A stretch of 39,891 nt of DNA, from contig JBJEYK010000043.1 of the NCBI GenBank assembly GCA_051886775.1, forward strand, positions 1-39,891, read 5' to 3'. Origin of the DNA: Candidatus Ventricola sp. (GTDB lineage: Bacteria; Bacillota; Clostridia; Christensenellales; Aristaeellaceae). Below are positions 9,093 to 17,661 of the stretch, piece by piece. A program made the position numbers and the translations under genes. The notes under the pieces were generated by a model. That model had not been told where the DNA came from. It saw only the letters and a program-made list of their open reading frames with translations, and ran no database searches. Position 1 is the first letter of the stretch, and each line of letters begins with the position of its first letter.

Positions 9093-10201
9093 GCGCCCAG
9101 GTATACGCGCGGCACGCGCGCGGACGGCCCACAGAGCACCTCGTAGCTGATGGTGCCGAGCCAGTCGGCCATCTCCTGCGCGTCGATGCAGTCCTCGCCC
9201 TGCTCGCCCAGCAGCACGACCTCGTCGCCCGCCTGCGCGCCCGGGATGCCGGTCACGTCCACCATGATCTGATCCATGCACACGCGCCCGAGGATCGGCG
9301 CGCGCTGCCCGCGCACGAGCACGCAGCCCCTGCCCGACAGCCCCCGGCGATAGCCGTCCGCATAGCCGACCGGCACGGTCATCACGCGCGTCTCCCGCTG
9401 CGCCGTGAACAGCCCGCCGTAGCTGACCCGCTCGCCCGGGGCGATCGTCTTGACGAACACCGCGCGCGCCACCCAGCGCATTGCCGGGCGCAGCCCCGCA
9501 GCCTCGAGCACCGGCGGATAGCCGTAGAGCGCGATGCCGCCGCGCACCATGTCCGCGTGCGCCTGCGGATAGCGGAAGATCGAGGCGGTGTTGGCCGCGT
9601 GGCGGGTGATTTTCCCGGGATGCACGGCGGCAATCGCCGCGCACATCGCCTCAAAGCGCGCAAGCTGGCGCAGCGTGCCGGTGCTGTCGTCCTCGTCCGC
9701 CGTGGCCATGTGCGTAAAGCACCCGTCCAGCGCCACGCCCGGCAGGCTGTCGATCAGCCGCGCCAGCGACGCAGCCTCCTGCGGCGTACGCACGCCGATG
9801 CGGTTCATGCCCGTGTCGAGCTTGATGTGCAGCTTCACCGGGCGGCCGCAGCGCCTGCCCGCAGCGTCCAGCGCGCGCACGCGCGCCTCGTCAAAGACGG
9901 CCTGCGTCAGGCTCCACTGCGCGACGCCGTCCGCCGCGGCCTCGTCGATGCCGCCCAGCACCAGGATGGGCGCGGAGAGGCCCGCCCGGCGCAGCGTCTC
10001 CCCCTCCTCCGGGATGGCGACGGCCAGCATGTCCGCGCCGGCCTCCAGCGCGGCGTTGGCCACCGGCACCGCGCCGTGGCCGTAGGCATCCGCCTTCACC
10101 ACCGCCAGAAACCGCACGCCCGGCGCAAGGCAGGCCCGCATGACCCGCACGTTGTGCCGGATGGCGTCCAGATCGATCTCACAAACCGTATAGCGATACA
10201 T
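9089..10201 (-). CDS. alr: Alanine racemase
   Basis: MYRYTVCEIDLDAIRHNVRVM...FLAVVKADAYGHGAV carries the PLP-lysine motif (VKAxAYGHG). 370 aa. Upstream residues of track ORF 9089..10504 are a false extension. Confidence 0.9.
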   Translation of the reverse strand: MYRYTVCEIDLDAIRHNVRVMRACLAPGVRFLAVVKADAYGHGAVPVANAALEAGADMLAVAIPEEGETLRRAGLSAPILVLGGIDEAAADGVAQWSLTQAVFDEARVRALDAAGRRCGRPVKLHIKLDTGMNRIGVRTPQEAASLARLIDSLPGVALDGCFTHMATADEDDSTGTLRQLARFEAMCAAIAAVHPGKITRHAANTASIFRYPQAHADMVRGGIALYGYPPVLEAAGLRPAMRWVARAVFVKTIAPGERVSYGGLFTAQRETRVMTVPVGYADGYRRGLSGRGCVLVRGQRAPILGRVCMDQIMVDVTGIPGAQAGDEVVLLGEQGEDCIDAQEMADWLGTISYEVLCGPSARVPRVYLGA

Positions 10202-10258
10202 GTTCAGTCCAGCTTTCTGCAGAAAATGGTTTCGTGTACAGTATAGCGCGAAACGGGC

Positions 10259-10290
10259 CAAAAGAAAAGATGCGGCGTCTTTTTCGCCGC
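10259..10290 (-). terminator. Orphan terminator-like hairpin in the alr/ykvI-like divergent region
   Basis: Minus strand reads GCGGCG-aaaaaga-CGCCGC followed by ATCTTTTCTTTT. No minus-strand gene ends just upstream of it. Confidence 0.35.
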
Positions 10291-10335
10291 GCCCGGTCAT
10301 ACCGATAGGCATCACCATTCGGAGGGGGCGAGGGG

Positions 10336-11361
10336 ATGACGGGCGGATCGGTAGCGCTGGCGCTGCTGGGCGGCGTGATCGGGGCGGGCTTTGCGTCCGG
10401 GCGCGAGATCGTGCGCTTCTTTGCGGGGCACGGCGCGATGACCGGCGCGGCGGTGCTGTGCGCCGTCGGGACGCTGTGCTGCCTGTTCCTGCGGCTGCCT
10501 GCACAGATGGAGCGCGCCGGGTGCGATACGCTGGGCGCGCTGTGCGTGCGCCGCTTCGGCGCGCGTCTGGGCGGGCTGTGCGCGGGGCTGTTCACGCTGC
10601 TGTGCGCCGTCACCGGCGGGGCGATGCTCGCCGCCTGCGCGGAGCTTGCCGCGCTGACGCTGCCCATCCGGCCCGCCTACGCGCTGGGGCTGCTGCTCAC
10701 GCTGGCGCTGGGCGCGGCGCTGTCGTGGCTGGGCGTGCGCGCGCTGGCGCTGCCGGGGCTGTGCCTGTGCGTGCTGCTGCCGGCGCTGCTGGTGCGGCTG
10801 CTCCGGCTGCCCGTGGGCGAGGCGTGCTTTCTGGCGGAGCTGGCCCCGCCCGTGCGCGCCTGCGCGGACGGCGCGATCTACGGCGCGCTCAACGCCGCCA
10901 TGCTGGCCGGGGCGATGCCGCTGCTGCTGCCGCTCTCCCGTGCGCGGCGCAGGCGGTCGGTCGCGCTGTTCGCGCTGCTCTTCGGCGCGCTGCTGACGCT
11001 GGGCGCGCTGGTGTGCCGGCGGCACCTGGCCGCGGTACTCCATCAGCCGCTGCCCTTCGTCTGGCTCAGCCGGTCGCTGGGCGGCGGGTATTATCTCGTG
11101 GCCGCATGCCTGTATGCCGCCGCGCTCTCCACGCTCTGCGCGATGCTGACATCGCTGTCGCTGCTGCTGCCGCTTTCCCGCCGCGCGGGCGCCATTGCAT
11201 CTGCGCTTGGCTGCCTGGCTGCGGCGCTCATCGGCTTTGGCGCGCTGGTGCAAAGCGCCTATCCCGTGCTGGGCGCGCTGTGCGCCGGGCTGATGCTGCT
11301 GCTGTGCGTGGGCGCGCCGCCCGGGGCGGGGAATCAATCCCCCAATCCGTCGGCCAGATAG
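10336..11361 (+). CDS. YkvI-like membrane transporter family protein
   Basis: 341 aa, polytopic. N-terminal LLGGVIGAGFASGREIVRFF is typical of the YkvI family. GGAGGGGG RBS. Confidence 0.6.
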   Translation: MTGGSVALALLGGVIGAGFASGREIVRFFAGHGAMTGAAVLCAVGTLCCLFLRLPAQMERAGCDTLGALCVRRFGARLGGLCAGLFTLLCAVTGGAMLAACAELAALTLPIRPAYALGLLLTLALGAALSWLGVRALALPGLCLCVLLPALLVRLLRLPVGEACFLAELAPPVRACADGAIYGALNAAMLAGAMPLLLPLSRARRRRSVALFALLFGALLTLGALVCRRHLAAVLHQPLPFVWLSRSLGGGYYLVAACLYAAALSTLCAMLTSLSLLLPLSRRAGAIASALGCLAAALIGFGALVQSAYPVLGALCAGLMLLLCVGAPPGAGNQSPNPSAR

Positions 11362-12707
11362 CCGCCCCAGGCGCTGCCGGTGACCTCCTGCAGCGCGCGC
11401 TCCAGCGCGGCCTGGCTGGCCAGCTGCCCGGCGTTCTCCTGCGCATAACGGCACAGCGCGTCGGCCAGCGCCTCCTCGCCCGCGGCCATGCCGATGCCCA
11501 GCAGCATCGCCGCGCCCTGATCGCGCAGCACCTGCGTCATCTCCGCGTCGTCGCCAAAGCGATCGACCCCCGCGCCGACGCGCACGCCATGCGGCCTGGT
11601 CAGCCGTGTGGCCGGCTCGAGCTCCTCAAAAAAGCGCGTCTCATACGCCGCCGCGCCCTTGCGCGCGCGGTAGGCCAGCAGCTCCGATGCCGAAGCCAGC
11701 GTCTCACTCAGCCACGGCGCGCGAAAGGGATCGACGCCCACCTGCACGCCGAAGCTCTCCCGCGCGATGAGCCGGGTGAGCCGGCGCAGCAGCGCCTCGT
11801 CGTCTCCCTGCGCGTCCAGCGCAAGCAGGCCGGAATACGCCACGCCGTCCGCGCGCGCCGTCTGCGCCTTGGCGACCGTGAGCGAGGCAAACGGATAGCG
11901 CAGCCCGATTTTTTCCAGCGATGCAAGCGCCTCCCGCGTGCGCGCGAGCAGCCGCGCGGCGTCACGCCCGCTTGGCGCCATGGCCGTAATCAGCACGCCC
12001 TGCGCTTTCCCCTGGCGGACGCAGCCATCCTCCAGCATCGCGAAGGTCGCGTCCCGCGCGCCCCGCAGCTGTGCCGTGTAGCGGACGATGCCGTCCGCCT
12101 GTGCAACCGCCGTCAGGTCGCCGCCGGGAGCGACCTGCGTGCCCCGCTGCACGTCCAGCGTGATCGCGCAGTCAAACGCCTGCGAAACGCCCGGCGCGGC
12201 CAGCGCGTCCCAGGCGTCAGTGCGCCACGCGCCGTCCTCCCACACATCCAGCGCCGGCAGGGTGATCAGCGTCGCGCCGTCCGCCTTTGCGCAGCGGATC
12301 ATCAGCGTAAACGTCAGGGTGACCGTCTGCCCCGGCTGCCAGCCGCAGTCCACGCGCAGGAGGGTCGGGTCGTCCGCGTCCTGCCGGGCGGACACGCTCC
12401 GCCCGTCGATCGCCGCGCCGCTGACGGCGACCGCGCCCGGGTCGTCGCCGTTCATGCCCAGGCGCAGGACAAGCTCCTCCAGCGCGCTGCCGGTGCGGTT
12501 GGTGAGCGTCATCGTCTGCGTGCCGCGCAGGGTGCGCGTGCCAGTGTCATAGCTGCCGGAGAAATCGACGAAATCGCGCTCCGCCGTGGGCGCAAGGGCC
12601 TCTGCCGCGACGACGCGCCGCCCCGCCGTCATGTGACGGATCCCCAGCGCGCCCGCGCACACGGCGATCAGCGCCGCCAGCGCCAGCAGTCCTCTCGCTC
12701 TTTTCAT
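11334..12707 (-). CDS. Secreted M1-aminopeptidase-like protein with degenerate zinc motif (pseudo-peptidase?)
   Basis: Start at MKRARGLLALAALIAVCAGA (signal peptide or anchor; M35 of the track ORF). The N-terminal beta-domain-like region is followed by LIARESFGVQVG...PWLSETLASASE, where M1 enzymes have HExxHxW...WLxEG. Confidence 0.5.
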   Translation of the reverse strand: MKRARGLLALAALIAVCAGALGIRHMTAGRRVVAAEALAPTAERDFVDFSGSYDTGTRTLRGTQTMTLTNRTGSALEELVLRLGMNGDDPGAVAVSGAAIDGRSVSARQDADDPTLLRVDCGWQPGQTVTLTFTLMIRCAKADGATLITLPALDVWEDGAWRTDAWDALAAPGVSQAFDCAITLDVQRGTQVAPGGDLTAVAQADGIVRYTAQLRGARDATFAMLEDGCVRQGKAQGVLITAMAPSGRDAARLLARTREALASLEKIGLRYPFASLTVAKAQTARADGVAYSGLLALDAQGDDEALLRRLTRLIARESFGVQVGVDPFRAPWLSETLASASELLAYRARKGAAAYETRFFEELEPATRLTRPHGVRVGAGVDRFGDDAEMTQVLRDQGAAMLLGIGMAAGEEALADALCRYAQENAGQLASQAALERALQEVTGSAWGGYLADGLGD

Positions 12708-12756
12708 GCTCGTCCCCCAAAGAAAGCGGGCAGCGCTTCCGCCGTCCGCTTTCGTG

Positions 12757-13170
12757 TCATGCCTTCTTGTCGAATTTGTTGCCGCAGCCCTTGCAGGTGA
12801 TCGTGACATTGCCCACGCCGCGCGGCACGCGCAGGCGCTTTTTGCACTGCGGGCAGGTGAAGTAGCGATACTTCTTGGAATTCTTCACGCGGTTGACCCA
12901 CTCGCTCACAGCGCGGCGAAGCCCCAGCGTCTTCTCCAGATACACCTGGTTCTCGTGCTGGCGGGCATAGCGATCCTTGCTGAGCATGCGGAAGAACATC
13001 AGAATCAGCAGCGCGTCGGCCAGCAGCGCCACCAGCGGCACCCGCCCGAGCGAGCCGAGCAGCGAGAGAATCAGCGCCGTCCAGAGCATCGCCATGTTCA
13101 GCTGATCCGTGCCGTAGCGGCCGGACATGAAGCGCGCAAAGCCCTGACGGATTTTATCAAAGAAACCCAT
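12757..13170 (-). CDS. Small membrane protein with C-terminal zinc ribbon
   Basis: 137 aa: MGFFDKIRQGFARFMSGRYG..., two TM helices, then CPQCKKRLRVPRGVGNVTITCKGCGNKF (CxxC-x16-CxxC). AAGGAGGAAA RBS. Confidence 0.6.
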   Translation of the reverse strand: MGFFDKIRQGFARFMSGRYGTDQLNMAMLWTALILSLLGSLGRVPLVALLADALLILMFFRMLSKDRYARQHENQVYLEKTLGLRRAVSEWVNRVKNSKKYRYFTCPQCKKRLRVPRGVGNVTITCKGCGNKFDKKA

Positions 13171-13200
13171 GGTGTTTCCTCCTTGTGATGGGATATGCTC

Positions 13201-13230
13201 AGCATACGCCGCCGGAACGGGACTTGTCAA
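13201..13230 (-). promoter_or_regulatory. Promoter for the zinc-ribbon gene (TTGACA-18-TATGCT)
   Basis: Minus strand reads ttgacaagtcccgttccggcggcgtatgct. Confidence 0.45.
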
Positions 13231-13247
13231 TCCCTTTTGCGCGCCGG

Positions 13248-14033
13248 TCACTTGAGCGCGAGATGGTGAAGCCGCAGCGCGCCAAAGGGCGCAAGCTCCT
13301 GCTCGGCCAGCTGCCACTGCGTGGGATCGGCGATTTCGTCCGGCTCGTGGGCGTCCAGCCCGATGAGCACGCGCACGCCCGCCTCCCGCGCGATGTCGAA
13401 GAACTCGGGATGCGGATAGCTGACGCGGTGGGTATAGCGGGCGATGAAGCGGTCGTGCACGTTGTACTCCATCGGCAGCTCGTACGCCCGGCAGGCCTGG
13501 CACAGCTCGCGCGCGGCGGCGCGGCAGTTGTCGTCGAAGGGGCGATAGCTGCGCAGGAACAGATCCGGGTGCGCCAGATACGCAAACAGCCCCGTCTCCA
13601 TGCCCTTCACCGTGCTGTCCACATAGGCGCGCAGCTGTGCGGCGGTCCTGGTGGAGCCGAAGTAGAAGCCGCCCTCGTCGGTGCGGTCGTAGTGGTTGCC
13701 GAAGATCAGGTAGTCCAGCTGCTTTTCCTGCTTCATGTCGGAGAGCCAGCCCATGTACTCCGGGAAGTACTCGCACTCGAAGCCCGCGAGGATCTCCACC
13801 TGCCCGGCGTACCTTGCCTTCAGCGCGCGCACGGAGGCGAGGTATTCGTCCAGCCGGTCGATGGTCATGCGCACGTGCGTGTGCGTGTAGCCCGAGGCAT
13901 ACGGCCACGGCACATGATCCGAAAAGCCCAGCGTGTCAAAGCCCTGCGCGATGGCGGCGAGGACATACGCTTCGTCCGTGCCCTCCGCGTGGCCGCAGCG
14001 GGCGGTGTGGGTGTGATAGTTTGCCTTGCTCAC
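13248..14033 (-). CDS. PHP-family phosphoesterase, histidinol-phosphatase (HisJ/HisK)-like
   Basis: VSKANYHTHTARCGHAEG...GFSDHVP...GFECEY...AHPDL...GLDAH are the PHP metal-binding motifs. GTG start with AGGAGG 7 nt upstream. An alternative ATG at 14099 overlaps the upstream stop (TAATG). Confidence 0.8.
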   Translation of the reverse strand: MSKANYHTHTARCGHAEGTDEAYVLAAIAQGFDTLGFSDHVPWPYASGYTHTHVRMTIDRLDEYLASVRALKARYAGQVEILAGFECEYFPEYMGWLSDMKQEKQLDYLIFGNHYDRTDEGGFYFGSTRTAAQLRAYVDSTVKGMETGLFAYLAHPDLFLRSYRPFDDNCRAAARELCQACRAYELPMEYNVHDRFIARYTHRVSYPHPEFFDIAREAGVRVLIGLDAHEPDEIADPTQWQLAEQELAPFGALRLHHLALK

Positions 14034-14098
14034 AGCGGTTCCTCCTGCTAGAAACGATTCTGGTAACGGCGCAGGCCAGTGCGGCGGTTGAATGTGCA

Positions 14099-14923
14099 TT
14101 ACGCAATGCCGATGCGCGTGCAGGGCACGCGGCCCTCTGTCAGATCGCTGATGCGGTGGCGGCCATGGCCGATGATGACGGTCGTGCCGCGCAGCGCCGG
14201 GCCGAGGGCGTACTCCAGCTTGGCGTGCGCGCCGTTCGCGCCCGCGCGGGAGCTGCCCACGCAATGCTGCTGCAGCGCGCGCACCTTCTGCTCCAGGCGT
14301 TCGGCGTCCGGGGCCAGCACGTCGCGCACCAGCGTCTCCGGGCGGCCCGGCTCGGCGTAGATGCCCTCGGTGGAGGTCATGATCAGCAGCACGCGGGTGG
14401 ACACCAGCCCTGCGATCACCGCCGCCGTCTCGTCGTTGTCCACGCACTCGTGCACCTCGCGGCCCTCGCGCCGCAGCGCAGACAGCTCCCACTTGCGGTT
14501 CTCCTCGTCGGAGACGGGGTCGTTGTAATTGACGATCGGGATCGCGCCCTGCGCCTTCGCCCGCAGGAACAGGCGGCGGATATGCTCGCGCTTTTCGTCG
14601 TCGTTGAAGTGCTGATGCTCCACCAGCACCTGGCGCACGGAGTACTCCGGGCGGATGAAGCGGCGGTACTGCTCCATCAGGATGGCCTGACCCTGGGCGG
14701 CGTAGTCGGTCTTCGCGTCCACGGTGTCGGCGTCCAGCTCGTGCCCGGCGCGCTTGATGTAGTCCAGCCGGCCGATTTCCGCCGCGCCGGAGGTCACCCA
14801 AATCATGCCCGGGCGCAGCTCGCGCCCCAGCCGGGCGAAGATGTTGTAGTCGATGTCGGCGTCCTCGCGGCTGATGAGCGCCATCGAGCCGATCTTGCCA
14901 ACCAGATCAAAGTCGTATTGCAT
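14099..14923 (-). CDS. Amino-acid-kinase family protein, glutamate-5-kinase (ProB)-like without PUA domain
   Basis: 274 aa: VGKIGSMALI, WVTSGAAEIGR, PIVNYNDPVS, DNDETAAVIAGLV, LIMTSTEGIY, GANGAHAKLEYA. The blocks are collinear with the ProB kinase domain as I recall it. Confidence 0.7.
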   Translation of the reverse strand: MQYDFDLVGKIGSMALISREDADIDYNIFARLGRELRPGMIWVTSGAAEIGRLDYIKRAGHELDADTVDAKTDYAAQGQAILMEQYRRFIRPEYSVRQVLVEHQHFNDDEKREHIRRLFLRAKAQGAIPIVNYNDPVSDEENRKWELSALRREGREVHECVDNDETAAVIAGLVSTRVLLIMTSTEGIYAEPGRPETLVRDVLAPDAERLEQKVRALQQHCVGSSRAGANGAHAKLEYALGPALRGTTVIIGHGRHRISDLTEGRVPCTRIGIA

Positions 14924-14962
14924 GCCGATTGTCCTCTTTTGGGCGTTGCATTTCGGATCCAG

Positions 14963-14995
14963 CCCCGTCAGCCTTCCCCAAAGGGGAAGGCGGGG
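14963..14995 (-). other. Long GC hairpin in the 113-nt spacer between rlmH and the kinase gene
   Basis: Minus strand reads CCCCG-CCTTCCCC-tttg-GGGAAGG-ctga-CGGGG with no U-tract after it. It could be a U-tract-less rlmH terminator or a leader structure. Confidence 0.35.
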
Positions 14996-15036
14996 ATGCT
15001 CCTTCAAGAATCCATATTTGAGTCCAGGGGCCTTCT

Positions 15037-15513
15037 CTACTTGTGATACCGCTCCCCCGCGGCGATCTTCATCGCGCGATAGACCTGCTCCAGCAGCATG
15101 ACGCGCGCCAGCTGGTGCGGGAAGGTCATCGGCGAGAACGAAAGCTTCATCTGCGCGCGGGCGACGACCGCGTCCGCCAGCCCCAGCGACCCGCCGATGA
15201 CGAACACCACGCGCCGCCCGGTATCTGCCAGCTCGGTCAGCCTGCGCGAAAGGCGCACGGAATCCATCTGCTGCCCGTCGATGCACAGGCAGACGACGAT
15301 GTCTCCCTCGCGGAGCCTGGCGAGGATGGCCTCGCCCTCCTTCTTTTTGATCTGCTCCTCGATGGCGGGCGAGCTGTTGGCCGGCTCAGGCAGGTCGGGC
15401 AGCTCGATCGTCTCCCATTTTCCAAAGCGCGTGAGACGCTTTTCGTATTCCGCCGCCGCGTCGCGCCAGTATTTTTCCTTCAGCCTGCCCATGCAGACGA
15501 GCGCCATGTTCAC
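15037..15513 (-). CDS. rlmH: 23S rRNA (pseudouridine1915-N3)-methyltransferase
   Basis: SPOUT-family pattern: GRLKEKYWRDAAAEYEKRL...VFVIGGSLGL...LSFSPMTFPHQLARVMLLEQVYRA. GTG start with GGAGG 7 nt upstream. Confidence 0.9.
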   Translation of the reverse strand: MNMALVCMGRLKEKYWRDAAAEYEKRLTRFGKWETIELPDLPEPANSSPAIEEQIKKKEGEAILARLREGDIVVCLCIDGQQMDSVRLSRRLTELADTGRRVVFVIGGSLGLADAVVARAQMKLSFSPMTFPHQLARVMLLEQVYRAMKIAAGERYHK

Positions 15514-15532
15514 GTTGGTTCCTCCGTTCCCG

Positions 15533-16423
15533 TCATGAAAGCAGGGCCGCGACCAGCGCCAGCACGGCTGCCGCGATCAAAAGCGCCCAGTCCCTGCGGC
15601 TGAGCCTGCCCAGGGGCTTCACCTGCGCGTGCGCGCCGCGCGATGCCAGCGCCCTGCGCAGGGCGTAGACGAAGGCCAGGCACAGCCCCAGCCGCAACGC
15701 GCACGAGGGCAGCGTCAGCCCGGCAAACAGGCCGCCCAGCCCGGCGTACTCCAGCACGATCAGCGTAAGGTTGTAGACGCCGTGCACCAGCACGGGCGCA
15801 AGCAGTGAGCCGGTCCTCAGCGTGAGCGCCGAAAGCAGCAGCCCCATCGCCGTGTACAGCAGCCAGACATGGGGCACGCCGCCCATGTGCGCCAGCGCGA
15901 AGCACAGCGCGCTGACCCACGCGGCGCGCCCGCGCCCATAGCGCTCCAGCGCGTGCAGCAGATAGCCGCGGAAGAACAGCTCCTCCAGCACCGGTACGAG
16001 CAGCGCGCTCTTGAGCAGGGCCAGGATGAACGCCCCCGGCGCGCGCACCGCGAAGGTCACGCCCGCCGTGCCCCCGCCATAGGCCAGGCTGCGCAGCACG
16101 TCCGCGCCAAGCGTCATCGGGGCGACGGCCAGCGCGCCCAGCAGCGACAGCCACAGCGCCTGCGCCCGGCTGAGCGCGGCGCGCGGCAGGATTTTGCGCT
16201 GGTCGCCGTCCAGCACGCGCAGCCCCAGATGCGACGCGCCGCCGAAGACGAGCGCCGTCGCCGCCAGCTCAAGCACCAGGCCGAAAGGCTGCGTACGAAA
16301 GCCCGTGCCGTTCAGCGTGGCCGGCAGCCGATACAGCGCCATCGCCAGGCAGGCCCCGGCGGACAGAAGAAGCGCGGAGCGCGTCCTCACACGCCGCCGC
16401 GCTCCGGTCGATCGCAGCCTCAT
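15533..16423 (-). CDS. CPBP-family intramembrane glutamic protease (CAAX protease-like)
   Basis: Polytopic, with EELFFRGYLL (EExxxR), FALAHM (FxxxH) and HGVYN (HxxxN/D). The ATG overlaps the upstream stop (ATGA). Confidence 0.8.
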   Translation of the reverse strand: MRLRSTGARRRVRTRSALLLSAGACLAMALYRLPATLNGTGFRTQPFGLVLELAATALVFGGASHLGLRVLDGDQRKILPRAALSRAQALWLSLLGALAVAPMTLGADVLRSLAYGGGTAGVTFAVRAPGAFILALLKSALLVPVLEELFFRGYLLHALERYGRGRAAWVSALCFALAHMGGVPHVWLLYTAMGLLLSALTLRTGSLLAPVLVHGVYNLTLIVLEYAGLGGLFAGLTLPSCALRLGLCLAFVYALRRALASRGAHAQVKPLGRLSRRDWALLIAAAVLALVAALLS

Positions 16424-17463
16424 TTGTCAAACACGATGTCGCGCTGGATCGCATAGCTGATCATGAACAGCACCACGTCCACCGGAATCTTGAGCACATC
16501 GCCGGAGACGGGCAGCACACGCGGCAGGAATTCCACAAGCCCCGCGCCGATCGCGCCCTGAATTACGCACAGTGCGTAATACTTCACCACGGCGTACTTG
16601 CCGCCGCGCTTACCGAAGACGGCATGCTTGTTGATGTGGTAGTTCACCTGCGAGGAGACCACGCGCGCCAGCGCGTACCTGAGCCAGTACATCAGCCCGA
16701 ATTGCCGCAGCAGGTAGAACAGCGCCAAATCCACCACGGTGGAAAAGCCCGAGGAGAACAGGTACGCAAACAGATGCCGGAAGATGACGCCGTAGATGCG
16801 CAGCGCGTCGCGCACGGGATTGAAGTGGCTGCCCGCGTTGTCGTCGATGTAGATCGTCTCGATGGGCACCTCGCAGACGCCCAGATGCATGTCGCGTAGC
16901 TTGAGCAGCACGTTCATCTCGTACTCGTAGCGCTCGCCGCCGATGCGCACCATCGCCTCCAGCGAGGCGCGCGGCAGGGCGCGCAGGCCGGTCTGCGTGT
17001 CGCCCACATGCGTGCCGCTGACCATCGTGTATACCGCGCGGGTGATGCGGTTGCCCCAGCGGCTCTTGAAGGGCACGTCGCCCGTGAAGCAGCGGGAGCC
17101 GAGCACCAGGCAGTCGGGATGTGCGCGCAGCGCGTCGATCAGGCGCAGGATGTCCTCCAGGGTGTGCTGCCCGTCGGCGTCGGCGGTCACGATGCCGGCC
17201 ATGTCCGGCCAGCGGAGCATGGCCTCGTTGATGCCGGTCTTCAGTGCGCGGCCCTTGCCCAGGTTCACCGCGTGCGTGGCCACCTGCGCGCCCAGCGCGC
17301 GGCAGCTTTCAAAGATATGTGCAAAGGCCTCGCCGCCGCCGTCGTCCACCAGCAGCACGTCAAGCTCCTTCCCGCGCAGCGCGCGGGTCAGCTCGGTCAG
17401 GCGGTCGTCCGGCTTGTAGGCCGGGATCAGCACCACCACGCGCGAATCGGTCTTATCGCCCAT
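16420..17463 (-). CDS. Family-2 glycosyltransferase fused to a C-terminal GtrA-like membrane domain
   Basis: 347 aa: VVVLIPAYKPDD, LLVDDGGG, VTADADGQH (DxD), then four TM helices with the GtrA pattern (FSSGFSTVVDLALFYLL...VNYHINKHAVF). Only the C-terminal part of track ORF 16420..18687 is real. Confidence 0.8.
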   Translation of the reverse strand: MGDKTDSRVVVLIPAYKPDDRLTELTRALRGKELDVLLVDDGGGEAFAHIFESCRALGAQVATHAVNLGKGRALKTGINEAMLRWPDMAGIVTADADGQHTLEDILRLIDALRAHPDCLVLGSRCFTGDVPFKSRWGNRITRAVYTMVSGTHVGDTQTGLRALPRASLEAMVRIGGERYEYEMNVLLKLRDMHLGVCEVPIETIYIDDNAGSHFNPVRDALRIYGVIFRHLFAYLFSSGFSTVVDLALFYLLRQFGLMYWLRYALARVVSSQVNYHINKHAVFGKRGGKYAVVKYYALCVIQGAIGAGLVEFLPRVLPVSGDVLKIPVDVVLFMISYAIQRDIVFDK

Positions 17464-17575
17464 AGGTACTCCTTTGTTGCTTGCATTCATTCTCGCCGCC
17501 GGCAGCAGCCGACAGCCATCGACAGTATACCCCTGCCCCCGGAAAAAGTCAAGCGCGGCCTGCATTGCGCGCGTC

Positions 17576-17604
17576 TTGTGCCGGGCGGCGCTTTGTGCTA
17601 TAAT
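17576..17604 (+). promoter_or_regulatory. trpS promoter (TTGTGC-17-TATAAT with TG extension)
   Basis: cTTGTGCcgggcggcgctttgTGcTATAAT. That leaves a leader of only ~50 nt to the AAGGAGG RBS. Confidence 0.55.
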
Positions 17605-17661
17605 GGGGCAACGGTTTCGCGCCCCGCGGCGCGCATCATCATCATAAGGAGGTTCCTCCGT

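Noticed and set aside
10200-12800. 866-aa plus-strand ORF, plus similar long ORFs at 4943..6841, 7019..8551, 19233..21527, 23247..25205, 25004..26863, 29336..31069, 31846..33159 and 33238..34845
   Set aside because: Each lies antisense to, or out of frame with, a gene that has clear family motifs. Their translations are low-complexity Arg/Ala/Gly/His/Pro strings with no recognisable domains or RBSs. They are typical shadow ORFs of GC-rich DNA.
17464-17661. T-box leader upstream of trpS (common in Firmicutes)
   Set aside because: The best promoter (17576-17604) leaves only ~50 nt of leader. I found no specifier-loop or T-box (AAnnnGGUGGnACCGCG-like) sequence and no terminator/antiterminator pair.
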